Below are positions 21,553 to 36,500 of a stretch of 64,000 bases of DNA, in pieces; position 1 is the first letter of the stretch, and each line of letters opens with the position of its first letter. Source of the stretch: Gracilinanus agilis (Eukaryota); assembly GCF_016433145.1 (NCBI RefSeq), contig NC_058130.1:127906922-127970921 (forward strand). The letters are read 5' to 3'. The notes beneath the pieces are model-generated. The model ran no database searches. It was given only the letters and a program-made list of their open reading frames with translations, and was not told the DNA's origin. The translations under genes were made by a program, and so were the position numbers.

Positions 21553-24500
21553 GTAAGTTGCCTGGCAGGACTATACAAAGCCCTTTCTCCCTTAGAAATT
21601 CTTCTAACTTTTCACTCTAGGGATATCTGAAAGGAATATAGTTGTAGCTGAAAAGGGAAGAGAGAAAGAGAAGCAAGGGGAACAAGTATTTTATTCCTTA
21701 GACCTTTATAAAAAATATTTAATCACTTCCATAGAGTAACTATCAAACTTTCAAAAAGAAATCAGTAGGTAAAATAACATTGGACTGATGAATTAGTATT
21801 GTGTATTAGAAAGAGAACTACCCTGAGAATACTACTCTCAACTCAGTCATGGATACGGGCTGGCTCTACACTGATCTGCTAGGTAGCCTTGAATACTTTG
21901 AACTAGATGATCCTGAGGTCCCTTCCAACTCTGACATACCATGATCTGCCAAAAGCTTTTTATTCTTAGCTACTCTTCTCTTCTCTCTGTCCCTCTTTCT
22001 CCATCTTTCTCTTTACCCATAATCACTGCTTATCTTGGAGAATTTTGGGAATGCAGTCCCATCCAATCATTTCAGTGACCGCATGTCATGTGGCTATTAG
22101 AAATGCCCATTTCCAAGATCTCCCTGCTCCCATTACCAGACCTATAGGCCTAAAAGCTTCTTGCCTAAAATTTTTTACTGGAACCTTGGAAGTGATGTGA
22201 GAAGCAACAGTGTTAACTGTTAAACAAGCTCCATATAGGGCAAGCAACTTAGAATTCAATCCTAGACTACCCAGGCATTTAGACTATACTTTGTAATTAC
22301 CAAATGCTTTACATGTATTATCTCACTGGAATCTCACAACAGCCCTGGAAGATAGTTTGTATGGAGATTACACCCATTTTAAAGAAAAAAAAAATCAGAG
22401 AGTTTCAGTGATTTTCTCAAGATTCCCCAGAGCTCAAGCTCCAACCTTTGACTCTGACTGTGATGTCCTTTCCCCTGAGTTAAGCTGTGCCCTCCTTCCT
22501 CCCTTAGAGAATCTGATGGAGGGAAGGAGGGAGTAAACAATCACTCTGAAACCTGCTAGGGTTTGGGGTTTTGTTTTGTTTTGTTGTTGTTGTTTTCAGC
22601 AAACTATACTCCTCTGTGTTTTCTTTAGGATGGCTAACTGCCATTCTTCAAATATGAACATGTCCTTCCCATTGCAGAGCTCTATTAAGAGCTTTATTCC
22701 TTTGGTTTGGGGTTTTGCCATCTCATAAAATTCAAATTCCCCTGTCAGTAGGGAAAAAAAATTTTCAGCTTACTATACCCCATACTCCACTTTCCATCTC
22801 CTGTCTTAGTATCTTTGTCAAGGCAGTTCCCTGCACCACCACTCCCCCTATCTGGAATATATTCCCTCTTCTTATCCACCTCATGGAATCCTCATTTTCC
22901 TCCAAAGCTTACCCTCCTTCAGAGCCATCTCCTAAAGGAAACTTATACTAGTTTTCACCCACCCTACTTCTTACCACTTATTAAAGCCTTTAGCCTAGAA
23001 ACTCTTCTACATGTGTCTTGTGTCTGTGTGTACACAGTTTCTCAAAGTAAGTTTCTCAAAGGTGGAGTTTGTTTCATGTTTTTATTTTCAGATCCTTAGT
23101 GCCTAGGACAGTGGTGAGCACACTGTAGGTACTTAATAAATATTTAATAAGTGGATGTTAGCTATTCATCCTTCGTTGGGAATAATTGAGATGATTCTAG
23201 CACTAGAAATAAAAAGGGAACGATGCAGGGTGTCCCTAAGTCTTATACAGTTTTAAACTTTTTTCAAAACCTTTAGTAATTTAAATTTAAAGCCTTAATA
23301 TTAAAACTATCATAAATATCTTTACAAATTTAAGTTTAGATAGTTTAAGGAGCTTAAAATTACAGTAAAACCAGGAGCAGCCGTGCAGCACAGTGGCGTA
23401 GTCAGGAGAATTTGGGTTCATTTCTAGCCCTAGACACTTTCTAACTGTGTAACCCTGAGCTAGTCACTTAATCCTAATTGCCTAGCCCTTACCATTCTTC
23501 TGCCTAAGCAGAAGGTAAGCGTTGTTTTGTTTTGTTTTTAAATCATTATACTAAGATTTTGGGGACACCCTGTATACTGCCTTGTCAGTTTATAGCTACG
23601 TGACTTGTTTCTGTTGCACAGACATGGTCACATTTTGGCAAACTGGGTGTCAGTTCATGGAATGGTTGTGGGCTCTGTCTGAGGGAGTTTGTTAACCTTT
23701 ATGTGAACATGTACTTCAATTAGAATAATAGAGAAACTAAATTCTGCGATTCTGTGTGTGTTGTCTTCTGTTCATTAGGGATGATGTTCCCAACATCTAG
23801 TGACATTCATTTGGCTCCTTTCTCAGATGAACAACTCTACAATGAACACTACTCCAGAGCAAATTTCTGGTAATGTCATCTCCTTCTGAACTTATTTATT
23901 TGCTATTTAGGGCCAACCAACTTCAGGTAGGGTCAAGTCAAGTTATTCCATGCCTTAGTGGAAAGAACACAGTTTTTTTTGTTTTTAAATCAGAGGTCCT
24001 GAGTTCAATCCCTGACCCTGCCATTTATTAGCTGTGCAACCTTGAGCAAGCGACTACCCATTTCTGAACCTCAGTCTCCTCATCTGTACAGTGAAGATTG
24101 TCATTGCTGAACACATTTTCTAAAACTTAAATTTGTTATTGTTGTTCAGTCATTTCAGTTATATCTGTCTCTTCATGACCCTTTTGGAGTTTTCTTGGCG
24201 AAGATGCTGGAGTAGTTTGCCATTTCCTTCTCCAGCTCATTTTCCAGATGAGGAAACTGACACAAATGGGGTTAAGTGACTCGCCCAGGGTCAAACAGCT
24301 AATAAGTATCTGAGGCCATAATTGAACTCAGGAAGATGAGTCTTCCTGACACAATACCTGGTACTCTATCCAAACTGTGACATCTAGCTTCCCTTAAAAT
24401 ACCAAAAGAAACCAAAACCCAACAATCCTTAAACATGGCCTGTTATTAGGCATATACCTATGTGACATTGTTTGATAATTCAATTTGACTTCAGAAGACT

Positions 24501-27500
24501 TCAGAAGAATCTATTAGGCAAAAAAATATTTCCTTAATATGCTTGCTAATACTGGAAATTGTACATTTCATGATTCATTCAAGACTTTGGGACAGATATA
24601 GAGAGATAGAGTCAAATACAAAGACAGAGAGACAGAGCCTAATACAAATACAAGGAGAGGCAGAGACAGACAAGAGAGATAAACTCAGTGAAAAAGACCA
24701 AACTGGCATCGATAGAAATGCAAATATGAGTGTGTATCTATATAGATAGATAAATATCAGTAATGGGATTCTTTCTCCCTCCTAAGTTTGCTTTTTATTT
24801 TTTTCCTAAACATCTGCTTTTCCCATAACTCATTTTTTAGACTTTTTCTTTTACAAAATTCAAAATTACTCTGTATTATCTTTAATTTAATTTGAGAAAA
24901 CTTGCATTACCTACTTCACAGAGGTATTGTGAAGAATCTGTTTTGTAAAGTTGCTTCACTGTTCTAAGCCTTAATTTTCAAGAGACACCATAAACATGAT
25001 ATATATTAACTCTTATCATATAACGATTTAAGTTTTGAAAAACATTTTTCTATTCCAATGACCATGTATGGTAGATATTGTAATATCCCTAGTTCAGAAA
25101 TAGGTTCTGTTCCCTGATCCAAAGGAATGTCTCTAATAGGTGTCTCTCACAGGCATCATGGCAGGCTGAAAAGTTGGTGGATCTGAAGAACAGACAGACA
25201 TCTGCCTCCTTTCATCTTGTAGATCTCAGCTCTCCCACTGCTCTGTTTCTTGGGAGCTCATCCTTATGTTAATCTATTTGGAGAAAACAACCTAAAATCT
25301 AGCTGGAGATAGGTTCATCAAACACATTCATTAGAAATTGGCTAACTGTATGAGGAAAGGGAAAAGGGAAGGAAAATTCATGTATTTAGGAATGTCTTAT
25401 CATTCCATTCCTTATTTCTCTCATTTTTTCCAACTTCAACAATTAATTCTATTAAAGCATATGAAGCCATGAATCTCATGGATTGTGAGGATGAGCACAC
25501 TTTGAAGGAGAGAAATGATAGATTAGCATGCAGATATCCTTGGAAAACTGTGGCTATGTTTCTGTGATACCAAAATAATACCTTGTCCAACACTCCAATA
25601 GCCCACCAGCTTTTGGGAGGATTTGATAGACTCATAATATTTAGAAAAAGAAAAGGCCCCAAAGATTATCTTGTCCAGTCCCTTACTTTTACAGATGGGA
25701 AAAGTAAGGCTAAGAGAAAAGTGACTTTTCTAAGGTCAAACAGATTCTAAGTAGCAGAGGTGGGGTTTGCCTCCCATGGATGGCATCAAGGTACTGATTT
25801 AGCATCAGAATTTTTGAGCTTTAAGGGATGTGAACAGCTGTATCATTCAACTCCTAGATTTTTAATGAGGAAATTGAATTGTGGTTTTCTCAGGGTCACA
25901 GAGTAACAGACCAAAGATCAGAATGCAGTGCTCCTCACTCCAGATTCAAAGATTTTGCCAAGTATAGCCAATGACTTTTATCTATTTCTTATTCTGGTTT
26001 CATGAATGCATAATTTGGAATGGATGAAATTTTGGACTTTTCAGTGTGATGTGGTAGAAAGAGCCCTAAATGAAAAATCATAGGCATAAGTTCAATTTCA
26101 AGTTTCATCTCTTACTAGCTTTGGCCTTGGACAAGACAGGTAACCTCTCCATCATAAGTTGTTGTGAAGATCAAATTCCATTCAATAAACATCTATTAAG
26201 TTATTACAATGGGCAAAGAAGTGTAGAAAGTAGGCACAGGAATAAAAAAAAATCACTGCTCTCAAGGAGCTTACATTCCACTTGGGAATACCATATATAC
26301 AAAATAGATAAATACAGAGAATAGACAAAATAAATGCAAAGTAACTTGGTGGGAGAAGAGGACCAGCTATTTGGGGGATGAGGAAAAAGGCTTGTATTAA
26401 GAGGAGGAACCTGAATGGACATTTGACTAAAGCTCAAAACTCCAACAGGCCAAGGAAAGGAAGAAGAGTATTTACAGACCACTTGTGCAGAATCATTGAG
26501 GGAGAAAATAGAAAGTCATGTATAGGGAATAACAGGTAAGAATTGGATTGGAACATAGATCACATGAGGGATAACACAAAACAGATAGATGGAAGTTTTT
26601 GGTCAAGAGAACAGGAGGCAGACTACCCAGCTTCCACTTATATTCAGTCATTTTTCAGCTGTGTCTGACTCTTTGTGACCCCATTTGGAGTTTTCTTGGC
26701 AAAGATACTAAAGTGGTTTGCCATTTCCCTCTCCAGCTCACTTTACAGATGAGGAAACTGAGACAAACATGGTTAAGTGATTTGCTGAGGGTTACAAAGC
26801 TAGTAAGCAAATAAGGCTTTATTTGAACTCGGGAAGATGAATCTTTCTGACTCCAACTCTACCTACTGCACCCACATATGCACTCCAGCAAAAACCTGAA
26901 ATTTTCACCAGACCAAATAATGATGAAGAAAAACATTTAGAAGCCACATAACTTCTTCCACCTGCAATAAGTAACTTATTTCACATAGAACTGCACAGAA
27001 ATTCAGCCAGAAGTCCAAAGATGGTAGGCAGGGAACTTCTAGCAAAGGCAGTGCCAAATCAGGCAAACAAGCCCCTACCTAATACAATAAGAGATGGGCC
27101 AGAGCAGGGGTCGGCAACATATGGCTCTTGAGCCATATCTGGCTCTTTTGAGGGTCAGATATGGCTCTTTCTGCAGGAGCCATAAAGGAGCCAATTTTTT
27201 TTTCAGGCGCTGTTACAGGAGCTGTACTGTACGGCTCTCACGAAATTACATTTTTAAAAATGTGGTGTTTATGGCTCTCATGGCCAAAAAGGTTGCCAAC
27301 CCCTGGGCCAGAGACACCAGAAGCCTTGTAGGCTCTGTGTCCATAAACAGCAAAAGCAGAGGAGCCCCCTGAAAGAGAGGTAGGTTGGAAAGACTCAGAA
27401 GGTGAAGAACTTGGTATATTTCTCACACTGTTGTGAATGAAAAACATGTAAATATAATGAAGCATATAAGCCTGGGTGGAGTGGCCATCAAATGAACCTC

Positions 27501-30500
27501 AGTCTAACTTGAACAAGACAAAGGATTGAACTCATGTTCATTGTACAATCACACAAAGTCAGTATGGTGTGAAAATACATGAAACTCAACAGGTAATCAA
27601 GCAGAAACAGAAGGGAGTATTTAACAGGGAGGATACTAGAAGGAAGAGAATAGCTGTAAATAAACCAAACTTCCTGATCTTGAAGGGTAGATTAAAAAGG
27701 GCTAAAAAGAGAAAAGCATAGAACTGGAATCTGAATTCCCAGTTGTGTAATGGCTCAACAAATTGTACAATATATATGAGAATGTTCATGCTCCCATAGG
27801 AAATAATAAAAAAATGATGACAATTTCAGAGGATCCTATGTATTATGAACTGATATGGGATAAATTTAGCAGAAGGACAGTAACTCTGAAAAACTCAAGA
27901 ACTCTGATCAATGAAGTAACCAACCATAACTCTAGATCTAAGATGAAGGAAGCTTCCTGCCTACTGAAAGAGAAATGATTGAGTCAAAGTGCTGAAAGAA
28001 CTTAAATATTTGTTCATGAGGGGAAAAAAAGAAATACAGGCTGAAACCATATTGTGAAAGGCTTTACATGAAAGGCTTTACTGGGAAATTTAGCAGTAGA
28101 TATCTAGTGAAATGGCTGATAGATGCCAGTGTGCCACCTGGATTATTTCCAAATGCTAATCTTAATAGCAACACAGGAATTCAATGTCCTAGTTCTAGCT
28201 CTGCCACTAAATAGTTTTTTTTATCCTGTGCAAGTCATTTACCCTCAATACCCATTTCATCAAAATGAAAGGATTAGACTGGATGATCTAAGGTACCTTG
28301 CAGAGTTAAAATCTTATACCTTTCTCTTTCATGATACTTTGCAATTGTAAGTCAAAAAGCATAGGAAGCAATATGGGGTAGTGAAAAGAACACTAAGTTT
28401 AAAATCAGAAGACATCACTTCACATCTGGGCTCTACATATTCACCCACGTGACACTGGGAGAGTCACTTCTACTCAGATCCTTTGGGTTGGTTTCTTTTT
28501 CAGCTATAAAATGGGGGGGGGGAGTTATATTAGATAATCTCTTAGATCCATTCCAGTTTTAAATCCTATAATCCTATCAGATGCTTTACATGAGCTTCTA
28601 ACTTGAATTGTGAGACACTTGGACCCTTTCTTAATATATAAGTAGATTACTATAGTGTGAAGCCGATAGCTGGCACTCTTAAAATCAGTAAGATTATCCA
28701 ACTGCTGTGTTTCGGATTTCTTTGTTTTTGTCTTATTTCTTTTCATCAGAAAAATGGAGCTTTTGGTTTAAGGTACCAGGTTCTTCATCTTTCAGAAATT
28801 ATGCTCCAATTCAAGTATCTGTTGCCTTCAAGTGGTAACATTTTCCTTTCTAATGGAATCCACTTGCATTGTGTTGACAGAAACTATCTCAGGAGTTCTC
28901 ACCAATTATGGCTGTAATTTTCAAGTTGAAATCTCATCCACACCTCCTAGGAAATGTACAAATGAGTTCAAAGAAGAGGAATGACCAGATATTATCTATT
29001 ATCAAAAATCACAATGCATGACTCTCCTTTCCCCAGTCATATTTATGGATTAGAGAAACCAATGGAACACATTGATTTGTCCATCAACTCAGTCCCATTC
29101 CAGGACTGATCTGCCTTTTTTTCTAACCATACCTATCTGATGTCATCCTTCACACCTCTTAGCATAATTCTCCATTTGTAATGAGTCACGCCTGACTTAA
29201 GACTGCCATGTGTCTCTTCATTAAACTTTAGGTGACAACCCTCCTACACACTTTACTTACTTGATGATTTTTTGAGTATCAGTAAATCATCAACTATTTA
29301 TTAAGTATCTACTATGTGCTGGGCTGGGGAAACAAATACAAAATCTAAGTTTCCTTCAAGAAACTTAGATTATTTGTGAGAGAGTATATAATATGTTCCT
29401 AGAAAAGTAAATAAAAGTATATACGTAATACAGGTATCCCTCCCACATGGTGACTTTCTTCATCATGGTCAACATAATAAGTTAAATGGGAATTTGGAGA
29501 AAGTTTGGCAGAAACCACAAATGGCATACAAAAACCAGCAGACAACACAGAAAAAGTTTAGAAACTATATAGTCTCTGACCAAATACTTAACCCAAATTT
29601 TACAATAAGGTACTATAAGCACCCCATAAAAGAAAAATTAAAAATTCAGACTCTGGTGTGAAGAGAGGACCAAAAAAATTTACACGGATTTTCCAGATCA
29701 CGGGGTGCCGTGCCCCTAAGGTCTGCAATGTGGAAGGGATACCCGTATATACAAATGTATTTCGGTAGGGGTAGGAAAACAAATAACTGGGAGATTTTCA
29801 GAAAAGTCCTCTTAGAAGATGTGAGTCATACAAGAACTAGGAGTTCTAAGAGTCAGAGGGGAAAAGGGTTTCAGGAATAGGGGACAATTTGTATAGAAGC
29901 TGAGAGGCAAGAAATGGAATGCCATATATAGGAAACTGCAGAGTGACAAAGCATCACTGGTTTTTTATTTAAAAACAACTAGCAAAAAGGGTTTTGATGG
30001 ACTCCTACAGAATATTTATAAGAGATCATGAATAAGAGTTGTATAAGAGGAAAAAGCAATGGATTTATTGCACTCTTCTTTAGTGGAAGGAGTAGCCACA
30101 TTGATGAGATCACAAGGTCTTTTGGTGGAGCATACAAATAAATCAGCAAATATTTTTAAGTGCTTATTATATGCTAGATGCTGGGGATATAAAGATAAGA
30201 AATAAAATAGTCTTTACCCACAAGGGATTCATATTCTTTTGCAGAACATGTATATGTGTTTGTATGCATGTATGTGTGTGTGTGTATTTGATATAGAACA
30301 TAGAGTGCAGTCCTGGAATTAGGAAGAAACATCTTCCTGAGTTCAAATCTGGCCTTAGACATTTAGTAAGTGTGACCCTGGGCAAGTCAGTTAATCCTTT
30401 TTGCCTCAGTTTCCTCATCTATAAAATGAACTAGAGAAGGAAATGGCAAACTTGCTCCAGTATCTTTGCCAAGAAAAACCCAAATGGGGTCACAAAGAGT

Positions 30501-33500
30501 TGGACACAAAAGGAACAATTGAAAAACTATATTTGTAATATATTTCATGTGTAAAATCATATATTATATAGCCACACCTCATTCTGTTACATATTTCAGA
30601 TGTTATATACATATCATATACATTATATGTGTGTACCTGTATGTATATATGTAGTTGGAAGGAGCCTTAGTCTAAGCCTTTTCTTTACATACGAGGGAAC
30701 TGAATTTCAGAGAAGAGGAAGGATTTGCCACAGTTAGTAAGCAGCAGATCCAAAATTTGAACCAAGGTCCTGTGGAGTAGAAATGATGATATTGGAAGTT
30801 TAATAAAATATGATTACCTCAAAAATGCAATTGGCAGTCAGTAGCTCTTCAATAGTAGTAGCTCTTCTTTTCAAAGTAGGGCACAGAGTATATTTGTAGC
30901 CCATCATGCCTGACAATTGAGCAATGTCAAGGTTGCCAGTGGCAGATTACATGTTCCTGGGAAATGGCCGATGTTCTTTGCAGAGAATAGCAGCCCTGTG
31001 GTTGCAAAGAACAGGGTGAAGATGAACACAAGTGATAAATCTGCTACACATAATGAGAACATTCTGGTGTGAAGTTCAGCTTTGAGTGTACCAAGGACAG
31101 TACTGATTGGGAAGCATTCAAGCAAATGCTCTCCCTTCCCATGTACCCACCCAGGCAAATAGTGCTTGAAATGAGTGAATTAGTAAATTAGTCTCCTAAA
31201 AACTGCTGGAGGTGGGGTGTGAGAGAGGATCTCTCTTATACACTGACCCTTTCCTAATATTCTTACTGAAATCCATTCTGGAGTCTTCTCGGGTTCCTAC
31301 ACCCCAGATGAAAGTTGCCTCTTGCCCTTTACATCTCTCATAGCACTCTGGCCCAGATCTCTCCTTTGCATGCATCGTGTTCTGCCTTGTATCAAGCTTA
31401 TTTTTACACATGACACATTTGATTTCATTCAATTCAGTAAGCAATGACATTGTGCAAGATATTGGAGAAAACACACAAATACAACCAGCCCCTGCCCTTA
31501 AGAAGCATGTATTCTAGAGAGAGGGAAGTTAGAAAGAGGACCCAGATTAGTAAATGACAAGTGTGTGCATGTATTCAGGAATGGGAGGCAGTTGCCCTGT
31601 GAATTCCTTTGTATGGTCAATTCTCTCTCTCTTTTTTTAAACCCAAACTTTTGTCTTAGTATCAATTCTAAAACAGAAGAGCAGAAGGGCTAGGCAATTG
31701 GGGTTAAGTGACTTGCCTAGGGTCACACAGATAGAAAGTTTCTGAGGTCAGATTTAAACTCAGATCTTCCCAACTCTAGCCCTGGTCATCCGTCTACTAT
31801 GCTACCTAGCCACCCAGTATGGTGAACTCTCAGTAAGGAAACTCATCCTACCAGTGTACATAAATAACTATTCTGCAACTGATAATTTTAGAGAGTTACC
31901 AGCGGCATTGAGAGGTTAACTGAGTTGCCTACAATAGCACAAGCAGAGGCAGGACTTGAACTGAAATATTTCTGACTGAGGATTCTATCCACTATACCAG
32001 TGATGGGCAAACTTTTTAAAGAGGGGGCCAAAGGAAAGGAAATGCTCACCTGTCAATCCATTTCTAAGTTTTATTGTATCGTATCCTACTCATTGTATTC
32101 ATCAGATTAGGAATAAGGTCATGCTTCAGGATAGAACATTTCAGGGGGCCCCATCTGGCCTGCAGGCAGTAGTTTGTCCATTACTGCACCATCCCATGCT
32201 TGCCTCTTCCAAATACAAAGTAAATGCAAAGAAAGTTTCAGGTGATTCTAGCTACGTGACCTTGGTCAAGACATTTAACCCCAGTTGCCTAGCCTTTGTC
32301 ACTCTTCTGTCTTAAAATTGATACTGAGACAGAAGGGGTTTTAAAAAAAAAGAAAGAAAGAAAATATAAGTAAGACCAATAATGTTAAGACATTTGTCTA
32401 AGCTCAAAGATGTAATATAAATTAGAGACACACTTTGAACCCAAGACCTCTTACTCTATAACCAAGATTCTTGAATGGAATTGAATTAAGTTTAATTCTA
32501 TTGAATGTCATTCTGTTTAGATAAAGTATTTAGATTGAAGACTGATCAGATATAGGAGCTGAGATCTAATCCAACCTCCTCATTTTACAGATGAGGAATT
32601 TATAGCCCAAACACAGGAAATGACTTACTTCCAGTTAAAAAGGTAATAAATAGCAGAGCATGGTTCTTTCCCAGCAGCCTTTGTCACTTGATAGAATTTA
32701 TGAAGTTTGAGGTAACTCCTGGCAAGACTTTTAAATGCTTTCCTTGGGATTCCTTCCATACCAGGTCACTGTCACCAAATACCAGATGGTGCCAGATATT
32801 GGTAACATTAGTTTAACAGTCTGACTCCCTCCCACATGAACTGGAAATAGAGTATTCGCAGTCAGAACTGGCAACCATTTGTTTATAAACAGAATAGAGA
32901 ACTATTTACACTTAAATTAAATAATTAAAAATTAATTAACTATAGTATTAAATCTACGAGTAATAACATATGGAGCAAAAATACACAGTAATGAGAAGGC
33001 ATCTAACTCCTAAATGATAACATTTGCCCACTTAATTGAAACTTTTCAGGTTATGATCTCCAACAGGCTTACAAATTAAGCTCTGCATTAGCTTTGTATA
33101 TATCCAAGTAACAAAAAAAAAAAAAAAAGCTACACTTACATTGGCTTAAAGCAATAATTCAATTGATGATTTGAAAGAACTTTCCCCTCAACAATCTAGT
33201 GAAGTACATAGTATAAAAATTATCTCTATTTTACAGATGAGGAAAATGAAATTCAGAGATGTAAAGTGAATTGTCCAAGATCACAAGGTCACTCGAATCC
33301 TGGTTCTGACACTCTTTTTTGAGAGTCACCTTGGGCAACTTATTTCACTTTTCCGAGTTTCTCTTTAAGTACAGCTAGAGCCTGAATTCTGTTAGTTGTC
33401 TTCCCTTATTTACCCTTTTTTCTTGGATACAGGCCATGTTCAGTGTAGAGTACTCAAATATTTATCTCATATAACTTAGTCCAGATATAATCTCTCTTGG

Positions 33501-36500
33501 ATACAGTAACTTAAGAGATGCCATGTTCAGAGCCCAGAAGCCAATTCGAGCTAGCAGTTTCTTTCAATAAGTCAAATCAATAAGCATTTATTAATTTCTA
33601 ACTATATTCCAGGCACTGTGCTAAGGGCCAGTGATACAAAAAGAAGAGCCAAATGTTTGTGCTTTTCCTTTTATATCTGTCTCATCTCTACCTTTGAAAT
33701 ATGGCCTCTTCAAAGTCCAGCTCAGGTGTCAGCTCTTTCAGGGTACTTGCTGTGATGCTCTAGCTGAAAATGAGTTCTTCTTTCACAAAATTGGCATCAA
33801 GTGCTTTCTCTTCACTTTTCCCTTGGTTTTATCACATTCTACTTTGTGCCATCAGAGTAGCGAGGTGGTGCTGTGGATAGGATCGTAGCCTTAGAATCAG
33901 GAAGGCTCATCATCAATTCAAATCCAGTTTCAGACACTTCCTAGTTGTTGTGACCTTGGGCAAATCACTAAACCACATTTGCCTCAGTTTCCTCATCTGA
34001 AAAGTGAGCTAGAGAAGCAAATGGCAGACCACTCCAGTATCTTTTCCAAGAAAACCCCAAATAGAATCACAAAGAGTTAGACAGCTCTGGAAAAATTTCT
34101 ATAGAACCACAAATTTTATGCTAGGCATATTTGCATATATGTCATATCTCCACCACCCTCATTAGACTTTAGACTTCCTGAAGGAAATCATTGCCCTAAG
34201 TAAACAATCAAATAAAAAAAATACTGAACTTGGAGTCAAAAGATTTAGATTGAAATCTCAACTGGGACACTTAGCAGACATGTGACAGTCCCTTAGCTTC
34301 TCTGATCCTTCATTTCACCTTCTTCACATTAGGAATGATAATTAATATTCATGCTACCTCCTTAGGAAGGTCAGAATGAAAACACTCTGCCAAATGTAAA
34401 GGTGTTGAGATACAGTGAGGTGAAGTCACTCCCATCTGTCTCACCTCAATTTGACACTCTTCTTGGGGATCCCTCTCTTCTTTCAAGGCTTAACCCAAGT
34501 TCCCCCTCCCACTGCTAAGGCTTTTCCTGATCCTCCCAGGCAGTAGCTCTTCAAGCAGAGAATAGAGGACCAATCACTCCTGGTATGTTATAGAGGGGAT
34601 TCTTCCTCCAATTCAGATGAAACCAAATGATCCCTGAGATCCTTTCCAATGCTCAGATTTGGTGTTTCTGTGGTGGGTGTCTNNNNNNNNNNNNNNNNNN
34701 NNNNNNNNNNNNNNNNNNNNNNNNNNNNNNNNNNNNNNNNNNNNNNNNNNNNNNNNNNNNNNNNNNNNNNNNNNNNNNNNNNNNNNNNNNNNNNNNNNNN
34801 NNNNNNNNNNNNNNNNNNNNNNNNNNNNNNNCTCTCTGTTTTCTCATCTTTTTCAAAAGGGTTCAGATAAAATCAAGTCCTGGGACAGTTCAAGATCTTG
34901 CTTTCATTCCTTTATATTCCAAGTCCTACAGAAAATTATAGAGGTTGATTTATACATACATACATATATATATATGCATATATATATATATTATAGTGAA
35001 TAGAGTATTTTACCTGAAGTATAGAAGACCAAGTCTTCCTCTGATACTGTGACCCCAGACAAGGCATTTAACTTCTGTCTTCCTCAGTTTCTTCATCTAT
35101 AAAATGGGATAATAAAAGTACCTACCTCCCAGGGTTGTTAAAAGTATAAAATGATATTTATAAAATGTTTGCAAATTTTAAAGGCAGTATATAAAGTTAT
35201 TATTATTGTTATATATATTTATTTTTATTGTTATTATTATCGTTGTTGTTAACTGCTCTTTGTAGTTGAATAAAAGTATTAGAATGTAAGTTTATCCTTT
35301 CTAAGCATGCCAAAAACAACTTTAACACAATTCAAGTAGTAGACAGGGCTATAATATGTACCCCATCTCATTCTCATGTGATTGTGATCTCATGGGGCCT
35401 CTATATTTAGAAGTTTTTTCATTCCATGTAACTTGGAAAAAAAGTATTTGGTATGCTAAGAGATATTCAAATATTGTCTTTAAGTTTTCAGAATTGTTGT
35501 TAAATCTAGGCAACTGTAGGCAAAAGTTTTTGTCTGTGATAACAGTCCAGTATCCTGTAGAGACTGAACTCTCCAGACTATTTTGAGGTCTGTATCTGTA
35601 TTTGTTATCTTTTATTCCATGAAAGACAGAGAGCTTCTTGTTAATGTAATTTTAGCTTCCTAAGTACCCTATTTACAGCCTTGCTGTGACGTATTGCACT
35701 CTCTCCACTATTTCCTTGTATAACCTCAATGGATCATGAAATCCAGAACCCTTAAAGATAATGCTTCTGTAGTTTCTGATGGTGATAATCTGGTATTGAG
35801 TTGCCATTATAAACCCCTTTCTTTCCACCAAAAAAAAAAATCTTCATGACTTAGAATTTATTCAACACTTTTTGCTAATATATTATTTGTTAAGTTCATG
35901 CCAACATTGCCCAAGGGAAGTCTTCTGAATCCACTTTTGAATTTTAGCTATTTCATAGACTCCATCTGAAAGTAAAAGACACATTTGGTTCCATTTGACA
36001 TAATTTGCATCTCCAGTGCCAAGCATGGTTCCTGGCACACAGGAGGCACTTCCTAAACATTGGTGGAATTATCAAAGACAAAAAGGCCTATTTTTGTAAA
36101 AAGCCTTTAAAATGGAAGGAAAGAAAGACAACATGCCATAATGGGTAGAGAGCTAGCCTCAGAACCAAGAATTCCTGGTTTTAAGACCTGCCTTCATATT
36201 TTGGCCACATAATCCTGGGCAAGTCATGTAAATTCTTAAGTGACTCTAAGGCAGTAACTTGCTGAGAAGGTGCTGATCTACATTGTTGTAGGGAACTTGC
36301 TCACTAAGGAGTACTCTAAACTAATAAAATCACAGTTCTAGGTCCCCCTCCTTGCCAAAAAAAAAGTATGAAAAAATAAATTTTCTTGACCCTTTACAAT
36401 CATTTGTGCCAGAAAATTGACTTGTACCAAGACATCTTACAAATCACTAAGAATAAATGATTGACTCAATCAATAAGCATTTATTAAGCATCATAAAATT

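Noticed and set aside
34627-35003. ORFs spanning the N run
   Set aside because: Artefacts of the assembly gap.
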